DNA of 64,000 nt from Bacilli bacterium. GTDB lineage: Bacteria > Bacillota_I > Bacilli_A > ML615J-28 > CAG-698. Positions within the stretch are counted from its first letter, which is position 1; each line of letters begins with the position of its first letter. The notes below the pieces were generated by a model. It worked only from the letters and a program-made list of their open reading frames with translations. It was not told the DNA's origin and did no database searches. The stretch lies in contig JBMNLX010000003.1 in the NCBI GenBank assembly GCA_050953085.1, positions 57,757 through 121,756 on the forward strand, read 5' to 3'. The position numbers were made by a program, and so were the translations under genes. Below, piece after piece: positions 42,185 through 53,600 of this stretch.

Positions 42185-43342
42185 TTAAAAAGTGATATAA
42201 ACCGAGACGATTTCGCCGCCGCGGTATACTTTCAGCGCAAGCGTCTCGCCGGCAAGAGTTTTGTTTATCTCGCCGCGTAATATATGAATATAGTAAAGCT
42301 TAAGGCCGTTTGCCTCGAGAATGATGTCCTCCTCATGCAAATATCCGTAAGCTTTGCCTGTTTTGTCTACAGAATTGATGTAAAATCCGTATTCGATATC
42401 CGACGGCAAGTCGACGCCGGGATTGTCTTGGACCCCGTAATCCTCAGGATATAAAAGCACGGATACGGATATTCCCTGAACGCCCAACGTGTAACGCGTC
42501 GGCCTAACGCCGGTTTCCAGCACGGAGACGAGCTCGCGGACGACGTTGCTGGGGATGGCGAACCCCATATTGTCTATATCGTCAGATAAGAGTTTCAGCG
42601 TGTTAATCCCGATTAGTTTGCCCTCAAGATTGATCAGGGCGCCGCCGCTGTTTCCGGGGTTTATCGCCACGTCATGCTGGATATACTCGTTATCCCATTC
42701 CGAGACGCCGTCGCCGTCGATATCGTCGGCGAAATATCGTTTCGGGTGGGATATGATCCCGAAAGTGCAGGAATCATAATAATCGTGCCCCGCCGGGTTT
42801 CCGATGGCGATGGCGAAACTCCCGGCCTTAAGCATATCGGAGTCGGCGAATTCAATCGGTTGGATATATCCCTCGTAATCAAACGACAACACGGCCAAAT
42901 CAACCTTGTCGTCGTATTGAATAAGTTGGGCGTTAACGCGGCGGTCGGTTTCCCCGAAATACACTTTCAGCAAGGTGGCTTTCTCGATAACATGCCTATT
43001 GGTAATGACCTTGTATTGATAACGGTCGACATCGTCGCTGTCAATCGTATTCGCGCAGTCGGTCTCGACGCTCCCGTCCTTCATTTTCGCCTGACATGAA
43101 TAGACAACGCCGCTGCCGGTGCCGGCAAGAGCAGGAACGCCAAACGTTCCTTTATAATTGCTCACGCCGACGACGGCCGGAGCCGCCTTTTCGATCGCCG
43201 CTTGGACCAACTCCTCGAATTCCGCAATATCAATTTCCACGTGATAGCTTTTGTTATGGATCTCGTTATTGAAGATGCCGTCGCAGCCCGAGAAAAGAAA
43301 GGCCGACAATAATACTAACAGAAGGAATGTTATTTTTTTCAT
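42185..43342 (-). CDS. Lipoprotein trypsin-like (S1) serine protease, paralog of the upstream gene
   Basis: 385 aa. Lipobox LFSGC. Motif GNSGGALINLEGKLIGINTLK, with protease-domain similarity to 40234..42162. Confidence 0.75.
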   Translation of the reverse strand: MKKITFLLLVLLSAFLFSGCDGIFNNEIHNKSYHVEIDIAEFEELVQAAIEKAAPAVVGVSNYKGTFGVPALAGTGSGVVYSCQAKMKDGSVETDCANTIDSDDVDRYQYKVITNRHVIEKATLLKVYFGETDRRVNAQLIQYDDKVDLAVLSFDYEGYIQPIEFADSDMLKAGSFAIAIGNPAGHDYYDSCTFGIISHPKRYFADDIDGDGVSEWDNEYIQHDVAINPGNSGGALINLEGKLIGINTLKLLSDDIDNMGFAIPSNVVRELVSVLETGVRPTRYTLGVQGISVSVLLYPEDYGVQDNPGVDLPSDIEYGFYINSVDKTGKAYGYLHEEDIILEANGLKLYYIHILRGEINKTLAGETLALKVYRGGEIVSVYITF

Positions 43343-43351
43343 ATTTACCCC

Positions 43352-44110
43352 TTATATTGAAAACAATTTTTTTGTATTTTCCCGAAGTTTCTCGATGACC
43401 GTCGATACCGGCATTTCCTTGATTTCCGCAATCTTTTCAACGACATACCTTAAATACGAAGGTTTGTTCAGCCGCCCGCGGCGCGGTTCCGGCGCCAAAT
43501 ACGGCCCGTCGGTCTCCGCAAGCAAATGCTCGATCGGGATCTCTCGGACGACATCCTTTATTTCCTTGCTGTTCTTGAAGGTAAGAACGCCGCCGATGCC
43601 GAGATAATATCCCAACTTAACGAATTCCCGCGCCATCTCCAAACTCATCGAGTAACAATGCAAAACGCCGGGAACGACATGCTCCGCGAGTATCCGGTAA
43701 GTGTCGGCGGCGGCGCTGCGGCTGTGAACGCTGACCGGAAGTCCCCGGTCGGCGGCGATTTTAATCTGGTCGATAAAATATTTTTTTTGAAGTTCGACAT
43801 GCGTCTTATCCCAATAATAATCGAGCCCGATTTCGCCGATGGCGACAACCCGCGGGTGCAGGGCGAGTTCTTTCAGCCAGGCAAGCTCCTCGTCCGTCTC
43901 CCTCGCCACGTCGCTCGGATGCAGACCGACGGCCGCGCGGAGAAAATTGTATTTTTCCGCCATCCACGTAGCCTTCAAACTGCTTTCGCGGTCGTACCCG
44001 ACGACGATCATTTGCCGGATGCCGGCGTTTAAAGCCTCGTCGATAATAGCGTCAAGCCGCGGTTGATATTTTTCATCGTATAAGTGGATATGGGTATCGA
44101 TCATTGTCAC
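43352..44110 (-). CDS. tatD: TatD-family metal-dependent hydrolase (DNase)
   Basis: 252 aa with the N-terminal IDTHIHL motif and a TIM-barrel TatD pattern. Confidence 0.85.
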   Translation of the reverse strand: MTMIDTHIHLYDEKYQPRLDAIIDEALNAGIRQMIVVGYDRESSLKATWMAEKYNFLRAAVGLHPSDVARETDEELAWLKELALHPRVVAIGEIGLDYYWDKTHVELQKKYFIDQIKIAADRGLPVSVHSRSAAADTYRILAEHVVPGVLHCYSMSLEMAREFVKLGYYLGIGGVLTFKNSKEIKDVVREIPIEHLLAETDGPYLAPEPRRGRLNKPSYLRYVVEKIAEIKEMPVSTVIEKLRENTKKLFSI

Positions 44111-44235
44111 GCGCTCCGTTTTGCTATTGTTCTGTTTTGCCCGGGCCTTTATTCATACTAAAACAACTAAAACGAATCGCATGCCGGACGTTATTATATT
44201 ATACCATATTTTTTATAATCTTGGCACTAAAGATG

Positions 44236-44754
44236 CTATAAATCCAAAATTTTTTGGTAAGCGATGCGTTTGGGGTCGCGGCAAGTCGCGCGCGAAAGAT
44301 AAATAACGCCGCAACGGCGGAATTCGAGTTGTTCGAGGAGTCCCCTCATCGCGAAGTTCTCGGGCGCCGTGTCGGCCCTGATGTCGCCTATTCCGGCCGC
44401 CCGCGTCGCCGCGCACAAATAATCGGCCAATTCTCTCGCCACGCCCCGCCGGTAAAACTCCTTTTTAACCGCCAGGCGGTGCAGCGAAAAATACGGGCGA
44501 TCATTAAGCCAGGCGCCATCATAAATAACCGCGTATGATTCGTCGGGGTCCCGCACGAGCGCGGCGACACCGGCGATCAGGCCTTCTTTTTCGTTAACAT
44601 AAAGCCATTCTTTTTCAATATCTTTCCGTATCGTTTCCCGGTCGGGATAACCGTCCTGCCATTGCAGGGATTTCCTCTCCCGCAAAAGCTCCTTGGCGTC
44701 GTTGATGACCGCGAGAACGGCGTCGATATCGGATATTCGCGCGATTCTTATCAT
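44236..44754 (-). CDS. GNAT-family N-acetyltransferase
   Basis: Acetyl-CoA-binding-like RRGVARELADYL motif. The start was placed at MIRIARISD, which is preceded by a GGAAAAGGAAT RBS. The longer ORF would run through the tuf terminator. Confidence 0.7.
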   Translation of the reverse strand: MIRIARISDIDAVLAVINDAKELLRERKSLQWQDGYPDRETIRKDIEKEWLYVNEKEGLIAGVAALVRDPDESYAVIYDGAWLNDRPYFSLHRLAVKKEFYRRGVARELADYLCAATRAAGIGDIRADTAPENFAMRGLLEQLEFRRCGVIYLSRATCRDPKRIAYQKILDL

Positions 44755-44782
44755 ATTCCTTTTCCAGCCATATTGTTTAATG

Positions 44783-44824
44783 TAAAAAAGCATTCTTTAT
44801 GTCCTGGCATAAAGAATGCAATTG
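44783..44824 (-). terminator. Rho-independent terminator downstream of tuf
   Basis: Minus strand: GCATTCTTTATG-ccagga-CATAAAGAATGC (12-bp stem) followed by TTTTTTAC. Confidence 0.6.
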
Positions 44825-44834
44825 GTTCGCTCGA

Positions 44835-46019
44835 TTACTTAATAATTTTGGTTACGTTGCCGGCGCCGACGGTTTTACCGCCTTCGCGGATCGAGAATTT
44901 CGTTCCCAATTCGATGGCGATCGGATAAATCAATTTAACCTGCAAATCGGTGTTGTCGCCGGGCATAATCATTTCGGTGCCTTCGGGCAATTGGATAACG
45001 CCGGTAACGTCTGTTGTGCGGAAATAGAACTGGGGACGATAGTTTGTGAAGAACGGCGTGTGACGCCCGCCTTCTTCCTTGCTCAGAACGTAAACCCGAG
45101 CTTCAAATTCGGTATGAGGCGTAACCGTCTTCGGTTTCGTGATAACTTGACCGCGCTGAACGTTGTCGCGCGTGATCCCGCGGAGCAGAACGCCGATGTT
45201 GTCTCCGGCTTCGGCTTGATCGAGAAGTTTCCTAAACATCTCGACGCCGGTAACGACGGTCGACATTGTCGGGCGAATACCGACGATTTCAACCGGGTCG
45301 CCGACTTTAACGGTTCCGCGTTCGACTCTACCCGTCGCGACGGTTCCGCGCCCGGTGATGGTGAAGACGTCTTCAACCGGCATGAGGAACGGTTTGTCCT
45401 TCTCGCGAACCGGTTCGGGAATATATTCGTCGATATGATTCATAAGTTCGATAATTTTTTGAACCTGTTCCGGGTCGCCTTCCATAGCTTTCAAAGCCGA
45501 ACCGCGGACTACGGGCACTTCGTCTCCCGGAAAATCGTATTCGCTTAACAGTTCGCGAACTTCCATTTCAACGAGATCAAGTAATTCCTCATCGTCGACC
45601 ATGTCGCATTTATTTAAGTAAACAACCAAACGGGGAACGCCGACTTGGCGGCTCAGCAAGATATGTTCGCGCGTTTGCGCCATCGGGCCGTCATTGGCGG
45701 CGACTACCAGAATCGCTCCGTCCATTTGCGCGGCGCCGGTGATCATGTTCTTAACATAGTCGGAATGACCCGGGCAGTCGACATGAGCATAATGGCGTTT
45801 TGCGGTTTCGTACTCGACATGAGTGGTTTGAATTGTAATCCCGCGCGCTTTTTCTTCGGGCGCCTTGTCGATTTGATCATATTCTAATACTTTCGATAAA
45901 CCTTGCTGGGCCAAAACCTTGGTAATGGCCGAGGTAAGGGTCGTTTTTCCGTGGTCGACATGGCCAATTGTACCGATATTAACATGGGGTTTTCTGCGTT
46001 CAAACTTTTCTTTTGCCAT
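44835..46019 (-). CDS. tuf: Elongation factor Tu
   Basis: 394 aa, beginning [27 protein letters not shown]. Confidence 0.97.
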   Translation of the reverse strand: MAKEKFERRKPHVNIGTIGHVDHGKTTLTSAITKVLAQQGLSKVLEYDQIDKAPEEKARGITIQTTHVEYETAKRHYAHVDCPGHSDYVKNMITGAAQMDGAILVVAANDGPMAQTREHILLSRQVGVPRLVVYLNKCDMVDDEELLDLVEMEVRELLSEYDFPGDEVPVVRGSALKAMEGDPEQVQKIIELMNHIDEYIPEPVREKDKPFLMPVEDVFTITGRGTVATGRVERGTVKVGDPVEIVGIRPTMSTVVTGVEMFRKLLDQAEAGDNIGVLLRGITRDNVQRGQVITKPKTVTPHTEFEARVYVLSKEEGGRHTPFFTNYRPQFYFRTTDVTGVIQLPEGTEMIMPGDNTDLQVKLIYPIAIELGTKFSIREGGKTVGAGNVTKIIK

Positions 46020-46102
46020 TTAATAATTCCTCCTAAATTTATTTAATTATATTTTATAATATTTGGTTTTTAAATGCAAGTATAAAATATCACAATTTTA
46101 TT

Positions 46103-48169
46103 TTATACCCGCAATCTTAATATTTTTTCCATAATGGATTTCGGGCATTCTTCGTAACGATGGAACTGCATCGTGTAATTGCCGCGCCCTTGCGTGTTGC
46201 TTCGCAAAGCGGTGGCGTATCCGAACATCCCCGAAAGCGGGACAAAAGCCCGCACCGTTTGCAGCATTCCTTTTCGGTCCTGACCTTCGATCCGGCCGCG
46301 CCGGCTCATTAAGTCCTCGATGACGTTGCCGATATAAACATCGGGAACGACCACTTCCACAAGCATGATCGGTTCAAGCAATATCGGGTCGCATTTCTCC
46401 TTGGTTTCTTTGAAAGCCATGCTCGCCGCGATTTCAAACGCGATCTGGCTGGAATCAACCTCGTGATAAGAGCCGTCAAAAAGCGTCGCCTTGACGTCAA
46501 TCGTCGGATAGCCGGCGAGATTGCCGCTTTGCAGCGCCGACTCCAATCCCTTCTTCACCGCCGGGATATATTCTCTCGGAACAACGCCGCCGACAACCGC
46601 GTCGACGAACTCAAATCCCTTGCCCGGGTTCGGCTCGAAACGAATCCAAACGTCGCCGTATTGACCGCGCCCGCCGGTTTGGCGGATAAAACGCCCCTGG
46701 ATTTCGGCGGCGGTTTTTATCGTCTCGCGGTACGAAACTTGCGGCACGCCGACATTGGCCTCGACTTTGAACTCGCGACGCAGGCGATCAACAATGATCT
46801 CCAAATGCAATTCGCCCATTCCCGAGATAATCGTTTGTCCCGTTTCCCGGTTGGCGTATGTTTTAAAAGTCGGGTCTTCCTCGGCGAGTTTTACAAGCGC
46901 GATTCCCATTTTATCCTGGTCCGCTTTCGATTTCGGCTCGATCGCGACGCTGATAACCGGCTCGGGGAAAATCATTGACTCGAGCACGACGACCCGCCGG
47001 CTGTCGCAGAGCGTGTCGCCGGTCGTCGTTTCCTTAAGGCCCACCGCCGCAGCGATATCGCCCGCGAATACCTCGGTTGTTTCCGTGCGGTGGTTTGCGT
47101 GCATGCGCAGAATCCTGCCGATGCGTTCTTTTTTCTTCTTATTTGAATTATATATGTACGATCCTGATTTCAATACGCCGGAATAAACTCGGAAAAAAGT
47201 TAATTTCCCAACGTACGGGTCCGTCATGACCTTAAACGCCAGAGCTGCGAAAGGATCGTCATCGCTTGAATGGACGACAATCTCCCTATCGTCATGGCCC
47301 ATCCCCCTAATGGCGGGAACTTCGGAAGGCGACGGCAGGTAGTCGATTACCGCGTCAAGGATCAATTTGATGCCTTTGTACTTAAAAGCGCTGCCGCACA
47401 GCACCGGGAAAAACTCGACGGTTAAAGTCGCCTTGCGAATCGCTCTTTTAAGCAATTCGACGGGAATTTCCCGCTCTTCCAAGTAAAGCATCATTACTTC
47501 TTCGTCAAAATCCGACACCGCGGCGATCAACTGCTCGCGGCGGAGCTGAACCTCGTCCGCGAGGTCTTCGGGAATGGCGATTTCCTTCATAACTTCATCC
47601 TGGGTGCCGTCAAATGTATAAGCTTTCTCTGTTACGATATCGATTATACCGTTAAAGCCGGACTCGGCGCCGATCGGTATTTGAATCGGGTGAGCGTTAG
47701 CTCCCAGACGTTTGTGCAGGCTTTCGACGGAAAAATTAAAATCAGCGCCGGTTTTATCCATTTTATTCACGAAGATAAGCCGGGGAACATGATAATCCGT
47801 CGCCTGACGCCAGACAGTTTCTGTTTGCGGCTCGACGCCGGCTTGCGCGTCTAGAACGGTAATCGACCCGTCCAATACCCGCAACGAACGACTAACTTCC
47901 ACGGTAAAATCGACATGCCCTGGCGTATCAATAATATTAATGATATGATCTTTCCAAAATGCAGTCGTTGCCGCCGAAGTTATTGTTATACCGCGTTCCA
48001 TTTCTTGTTCCATCCAATCCATGGTTGAAGTACCTTCGTGCGTCTCGCCCATTTTATGGATTTTTCCGGTGTGGTATAAAATCCGTTCGGTTACGGTTGT
48101 TTTACCCGCATCGATATGAGCCATGATTCCGATATTTCTAGTTTTGTCTAAAGATACTTCACGGGGCAT
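46103..48169 (-). CDS. fusA: Elongation factor G
   Basis: 688 aa. N-terminal [14 protein letters not shown]. Full EF-G domain complement. Confidence 0.97.
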   Translation of the reverse strand: MPREVSLDKTRNIGIMAHIDAGKTTVTERILYHTGKIHKMGETHEGTSTMDWMEQEMERGITITSAATTAFWKDHIINIIDTPGHVDFTVEVSRSLRVLDGSITVLDAQAGVEPQTETVWRQATDYHVPRLIFVNKMDKTGADFNFSVESLHKRLGANAHPIQIPIGAESGFNGIIDIVTEKAYTFDGTQDEVMKEIAIPEDLADEVQLRREQLIAAVSDFDEEVMMLYLEEREIPVELLKRAIRKATLTVEFFPVLCGSAFKYKGIKLILDAVIDYLPSPSEVPAIRGMGHDDREIVVHSSDDDPFAALAFKVMTDPYVGKLTFFRVYSGVLKSGSYIYNSNKKKKERIGRILRMHANHRTETTEVFAGDIAAAVGLKETTTGDTLCDSRRVVVLESMIFPEPVISVAIEPKSKADQDKMGIALVKLAEEDPTFKTYANRETGQTIISGMGELHLEIIVDRLRREFKVEANVGVPQVSYRETIKTAAEIQGRFIRQTGGRGQYGDVWIRFEPNPGKGFEFVDAVVGGVVPREYIPAVKKGLESALQSGNLAGYPTIDVKATLFDGSYHEVDSSQIAFEIAASMAFKETKEKCDPILLEPIMLVEVVVPDVYIGNVIEDLMSRRGRIEGQDRKGMLQTVRAFVPLSGMFGYATALRSNTQGRGNYTMQFHRYEECPKSIMEKILRLRV

Positions 48170-48185
48170 AACATTAACTCCTTAA

Positions 48186-48656
48186 TTACCACTGGTAGTG
48201 GGCAAAGGCTTTGTTTGACTCGGCCATCCGGTGCGTGTCCTCGCGTTTCTTGACCGCTCCGCCGACGCCGTTGGCGGCATCGATAATCTCGTTGGCGAGT
48301 CTTTCTTCCATCGTTTTTTCCCGTCTTAAACGTGAGTATTGTGTAAGCCAGCGCAATGCCAGTGTCATTTTCCTTTCCGGCCTGACTTCTATCGGAACCT
48401 GATAGTTGGCGCCGCCGACACGGCGGGCCCTTACTTCTAACTGCGGGGTAATATTATTTAAAGCGTCGTTGAATACTTCCATCGCCGGACGCCCGGTAAC
48501 CTTTTCGACGCGTTCGAACGCCCTGTATAAAATATCCTGAGCCAGGCTTTTCTTGCCTTTGACCATGATATTATTGATTAGCCGGGTTACGACTGGCGAG
48601 TTATATATGGGATCGGGTAATACTTTTCTTTTTGGGATGTGTCCTTTGCGGGGCAT
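48186..48656 (-). CDS. rpsG: 30S ribosomal protein S7
   Basis: 156 aa, canonical uS7. Confidence 0.95.
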   Translation of the reverse strand: MPRKGHIPKRKVLPDPIYNSPVVTRLINNIMVKGKKSLAQDILYRAFERVEKVTGRPAMEVFNDALNNITPQLEVRARRVGGANYQVPIEVRPERKMTLALRWLTQYSRLRREKTMEERLANEIIDAANGVGGAVKKREDTHRMAESNKAFAHYQW

Positions 48657-48681
48657 GGTGAATTCCTCCTTTCAAATTATC

Positions 48682-49092
48682 TTATTCTTCTTTTTTGGCG
48701 CCGTATTTGCTGCGGGCCTGTTTCCGGTTTTCGACACCGGTTGCGTCCTGGGTGCCGCGAATAATGTGATAGCGGACTCCGGGAAGGTCTTTAACCCGGC
48801 CGCCGCGGATCAGGACAACGCTGTGTTCCTGTAACCTGTGTCCGATTCCGGGTATATAAGCGGTAACCTCGATGCCGTTGGACAAGCGGACTCTCGCGTA
48901 TTTGCGAATCGCGGAATTCGGCTTTTTCGGCGTCATCGTCGTTACCCGCGTGCAAACCCCGCGTTTTTGCGGTGATTCAAGATCGGTAAATTTTTTCTTC
49001 AGCGTGTTATAACCGATGCCCAAATGCGGGGATTTTGATTTTTTCGCTTTTGTTCTTCTCGGTTTGCGTACCAATTGATTGATTGTCGGCAT
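48682..49092 (-). CDS. rpsL: 30S ribosomal protein S12 (Clostridia-type, with internal about 13-aa insertion)
   Basis: Start set at [10 protein letters not shown], the internal Met of the 151-aa ORF. The insertion [13 protein letters not shown] precedes the [10 protein letters not shown] motif, as in Clostridial S12 proteins. Confidence 0.9.
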   Translation of the reverse strand: MPTINQLVRKPRRTKAKKSKSPHLGIGYNTLKKKFTDLESPQKRGVCTRVTTMTPKKPNSAIRKYARVRLSNGIEVTAYIPGIGHRLQEHSVVLIRGGRVKDLPGVRYHIIRGTQDATGVENRKQARSKYGAKKEE

Positions 49093-49250
49093 TATATTCT
49101 CCTTTCTAAAATTGCGCCACGCTTCCTGGCGTTTCAAACATTGATAAAATTTAGTTTTGGCAGCGCCAAAACCGTTTTAAAAATTAACCCGTAATATTAT
49201 ACGCTTATTTCGCTCAAATGTCAAGAATTTTTACTTATATTTTAGGGGAA

Positions 49251-50631
49251 TTGTGAATATATTATGATAATTTCATATAGAGTTATATAATGATAATTTC
49301 ACTAAATACAAAGGTTAATTGTATTAGCGTAGGCAACCCTTAATTTTGTAATTTAAGCCCTTCTTTGATATCATATGGATTAATATGGATATGTATCAAC
49401 GGAGGGAAGACACATGAGAAAGGTCGAACTAAGAATGAACGAGCAAATGAAGTATGAAATTATCAGAAGAGTAGCTTTTAAAGAAATCAGCGTCCACAGA
49501 GCAGCGGTCCAGCTTAACTGTACCGTAAGAACCGTCTATAACCTCGTCAAAAAGTATCGGGAACATGGTAAGGCCGGCTTTATCCACGGTAACAGGAACC
49601 GAAAACCGGCCGCTACCATGAGCCCAAAACTTGAACAAACCATTGTTTCGTTTTATATGCAAAAATGCGAAGGTGCCAATTTTCTACACTTCCAGGAGTT
49701 GCTGGAAGAGATAAAAGGCATTAAAGTCTCTTATTTCAAACTCTACGCGCTTCTGCGTAAGCATGGGATCATATCTCCCAAGTGTCATAGGATTACCCGT
49801 AAAAAACACACGCAAGAGACTTTAAAGGGTTATTACAACATATTTCACCAGGTATTGACCAAATACGGCATACCGGCGAAAATTTTGGCCGATAACAGGT
49901 CAATCTTCAATTACAAGCTTAAGAACAGCCATTCTAAAGAAAAAGACACGCATACGCAATTCGGATATGCCTGCCATCGGCTCGGGGTCGATCTTGACAC
50001 GACTTCCGTCGCCCAAGCAAAGGGCAGAATCGAAAGAATGTTCGGTACCCTCCAAAGCCGGTTGGTTACGGAACTTAAGATGGCAGGCATATTCGATATC
50101 GATGCGGCTAATGAGTTCTTGAAGGATTTTGTCCCAAAATTCAACGAGCGTTTCGCGCTCCCCATCGATTATCTCACATCGGTTTTTGACGAGAACATCG
50201 ATCAAGAAACCATCAATAACACATTAGCCGTCATCAGCGCAAGAAAAGTCGATAACGGTAATACGATTAAGTACAAAAATAAGTATTATCACCTGTATGA
50301 CTTTGATGGCAACATGATGCCATTCAAACCCAAAACGGTATGTATCGTTATGGAAACTTACGACGGATCTCTCATCGCCTCGGTTAACGATGATCTTTAC
50401 GGGTTGGTAGAGCTTGAGGTCCATCACGAATTTTCCAAGAACTTTGACACGAAAAAACCGGAAAAGAAACGCTATACCGGCCATAAGCCCAAGGATTGTC
50501 ATCCCTGGACCTATAAAAGCTATCTGGCCAGAAAAAGAAGGCGTTACAAGTCCAGGGCGGAAACCCTTGCTTAACAAGTACTGGACAAATAATCAGGTAT
50601 TTTTTGTGAAATTTTCATTATATATTGACAG
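49251..50631 (+). mobile_element. Intact ISNCY-like insertion sequence (about 1.38 kb) between rpsL and rpoBC
   Basis: Imperfect terminal inverted repeats: 21 of 25 positions match between TTGTGAATATATTATGATAATTTCA on the left and the reverse complement of the right end. A single transposase ORF. The first 180 bp are identical to a second partial copy at 61856..62035. Confidence 0.7.
49414..50574 (+). CDS. ISNCY-family DDE transposase (HTH + integrase-core)
   Basis: 386 aa. N-terminal MRKVELRMNEQMKYEIIRRV...FIHGNRNRKP pattern, typical of proteins annotated as ISNCY-family transposases. rve-like core. Confidence 0.7.
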   Translation: MRKVELRMNEQMKYEIIRRVAFKEISVHRAAVQLNCTVRTVYNLVKKYREHGKAGFIHGNRNRKPAATMSPKLEQTIVSFYMQKCEGANFLHFQELLEEIKGIKVSYFKLYALLRKHGIISPKCHRITRKKHTQETLKGYYNIFHQVLTKYGIPAKILADNRSIFNYKLKNSHSKEKDTHTQFGYACHRLGVDLDTTSVAQAKGRIERMFGTLQSRLVTELKMAGIFDIDAANEFLKDFVPKFNERFALPIDYLTSVFDENIDQETINNTLAVISARKVDNGNTIKYKNKYYHLYDFDGNMMPFKPKTVCIVMETYDGSLIASVNDDLYGLVELEVHHEFSKNFDTKKPEKKRYTGHKPKDCHPWTYKSYLARKRRRYKSRAETLA

Positions 50632-50656
50632 AATTTTTACTTATATTTTAGGGGAA
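50632..50656 (+). repeat. 25-bp perfect direct repeat flanking the IS (partner at 49226..49250)
   Basis: AATTTTTACTTATATTTTAGGGGAA is present immediately outside both IS ends. In addition, the left flank TGTCAAG resembles the IS right terminus TGACAG. Confidence 0.85.
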
Positions 50657-50678
50657 GAAGAGTAGATCGCGAAGCGAC

Positions 50679-53600
50679 CTACTCTTCGTCTTCTTCAACA
50701 TTAATAACGTAATCGGCGTCGATAATTCCCGTTCCGGCAGGGATTAAGCCGCCGATAATAATATTTTCTTTAAGTCCTTCAAGATAGTCTTTCTTACCGC
50801 GGATGGCGGCTTCCGTAAGAACGCGCGTCGTTTCCTGGAAGCTTGCCGCGGAAAGGAAGGAGTCGGATTTCAACGAAGCGCGGGTAATGCCCAAGAGCAT
50901 GGATTTTACTATCGGCACCTCGATGTTGTTTTTCCGGCAGTCTTCGATAATATCGTAGAGCTCGTTTTTCGATATTTGCGTGCCCGGTAGAAGATTGGTC
51001 CCGCCTTCGTGCACGACGACCACTTTTTGAAGCATCTGTCGAATTATGATTTCAATATGCTTGTCGGCGATTTCAACGCCTTGGGAACGGTAAACTTTCT
51101 GCACCTCGCCGAGGATGTATTTGCCGACATCGTCGACGGTGCTGACTCTTAGAAGTTCCTTCGGGTGAATCATTCCCTCGGTCAAGGGCTGACCGGCTTT
51201 TACCCGGTCGCGCTCGTGCACGATCGGGACTTTCCCGAATTCGGTAAGATATGTTTTCTCTTCCAGGTTGTTTTTGATCTTGATCTCAAACCTGTTGTCT
51301 TTATCGTGACGGATGGAAGTAACGATGCCGTCGATTTCGGTAATCGTTGCCTTAAGTTTCGGTTGGCGCGCTTCGAAAAGTTCCTGAATCCGGGGCAAGC
51401 CCTGGGTAATGTCCTCGGCCGCGACGCCGCCGGAATGGAACGTACGCATCGTAAGCTGCGTGCCCGGCTCGCCGATCGATTGAGCGGCGATAATACCGAC
51501 GACCTCGCCGATCTCGACGATCTCGCTCGTCGAAAGGTCGCTGCCATAACAGTGGACGCAGACGCCGCTTTTCGCATCGCAAGTGATCAGCGTGCGAATC
51601 TCCACTTCCTTCACACCAGCCTTCACGATTCTCTCCGCCAAATCGTCGTCGATATATGTTTGCGCGGCGACCATGACTTCGCCCGTTTTCGGATTTATAA
51701 CCGGCTTGTTGGTGAAACGCCCGCGAATCCGGTCGTAAAGGGGGATGTTGCTTTCCTCAAGCGCGGTCACGATCATTCCCTTATCCGTGCCGCAATCCTC
51801 CTCGGTAACGGTGACGTCCTGGCTCACGTCAACGAGGCGGCGGGTAAGATAGCCCGACTCGGCCGTTTTCAAAGCCGTGTCGGTCGAGCCTTTCCGGGCG
51901 CCGTGCGTCGAGATAAAGAACTCGGACATCGTCAGTCCCTCGCGGAAGGAAGCCCTGATCGGGATATCCATGATCTCGCCGTTGGGCTTGGCCATTATGC
52001 CGCGCATCCCCGAAAGCTGAACGAAGTTGGAAATATTACCGCGGGCGCCGCTGTCGCTCATCATATACAAATGATTAGTCGCAAAATCCTTTTGAACCTC
52101 GGCGTGAATCGCGTTTTCAAGCTTCTCCTTCGCTTTTTGCCAGACCTCGATAACGCGCTGGCTGCGTTCTTTTTTCGTCATATAACCCTTGCGATAAAGG
52201 CTGTCGTATTTATCGACCTTCTCCTCGGCTTCCGCCAAGACTTCTTTCTTGACGTCAACGACCCTGATGTCCTCCGCGGCGATCGTGATGCCGGAAATCG
52301 TGGAGTACTTAAACCCAAGGTCTTTCATCCGGTCGAGAGTTTTCGACGTCTCCGCAAGTTTAAACTTCTTAAACACCTCGGCGATAATCTGGCTTAAAAA
52401 CTTCTTCCTGAAAGGGTGGGGCGACTCCATCCTGTTTAGGAGATTGCGGAAGGTTTCGCCCGGTTTTAAATCCCGGACGGAAACGAAATATTTATCCGGC
52501 GTTTTATCGGTGAGATTTTCCAAAGTCGCCTCGTTAATGTAAGGAACATAAGGCGGCTCCTGCGGAAAAATCGTATTAAAGATAATTTTGCCGTAAGTCG
52601 TGACCAAGTACTTTTTTTGTTGTTCCGGCGTGAAATGCGGGTTATTAAAAATCTTAGCCGGAATCAAGATTCGGGTATGGAAATTAATATCGCCGTTTTC
52701 GTAAGCAAGCTCGACCTCGCTCAGCGAGGAATAGACTTTTCCTTCGTTCTCTTCCCCGCGTTTTTCGATCGTCAGGTAATAGTTGCCCAAGACCATGTCC
52801 TGCGAGGGGGTAACGATCGGTTTTCCGTCCTTCGGCGCAAGGATGTTTTTCGAGGCCAGCATCAAAAGCCTCGCCTCGGCTTGCGCCTCTTCCGAAAGCG
52901 GGACGTGAACCGCCATCTGGTCGCCGTCGAAGTCGGCGTTAAACGCCGGCGTGACCAGGGGATGCAAGCGGATCGCTTTTCCCTCGACCAGTTTCGGCTC
53001 AAAAGCCTGGATTCCAAGCCGGTGCAGCGTCGGCGCGCGGTTTAAAAGCACCGGGTGCTCGACAACGATCTTTTCCAGCTCGGTCATGGCGATCGGGTCG
53101 CCCGTTTCGATCATTTCCTTCGCCCGTTTCAGGCTGATCCGGTTTCCGCCCTCGGGATTTTCTCTGTCGCGTTCAAGAATCGCGTTGATGATAAAGGGTT
53201 TAAACAAAATCAACGCCATTTCCCGCGGTATCCCGCACTGATACATCTTAAGGTCGGGACCGACGACGATAACGCTCCGGCCGGAGTAATCGACGCGCTT
53301 ACCGAGAAGGTTTTGCCGGAAGCGGCCCTGCTTTCCGCGCAAAAGGTCGGACAGGGACTTAAGCGGCCTGTTTCTCTCCACGACCACCTTCTTGTTTCGC
53401 TTGCTGTTGTCAATCAGGGCGTCGACCGCCTCCTGAAGCATCCGTTTCTCGTTTTTCGTAATCAAGCCCGGGGCGCGCTGCTCGTATTGTTTCTTCAAAC
53501 GGTTATTGCGGTTTAAGATCCGCCGGTATAGGTCGTTTAAGTCGGTCGTCGCGAAACGGCCGCCGTCAAGTTGGACCATCGGTCGAAGATCGGGAGGCAA

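Noticed and set aside
48682-49137. S12 ORF that is about 15 aa longer at the N-terminus, with an about 13-aa internal insertion suggesting a frameshift or pseudogene.
   Set aside because: The start is simply the internal conserved [10 protein letters not shown]. The insertion before [10 protein letters not shown] is the lineage-specific S12 insertion known from Clostridia, so the gene is intact.
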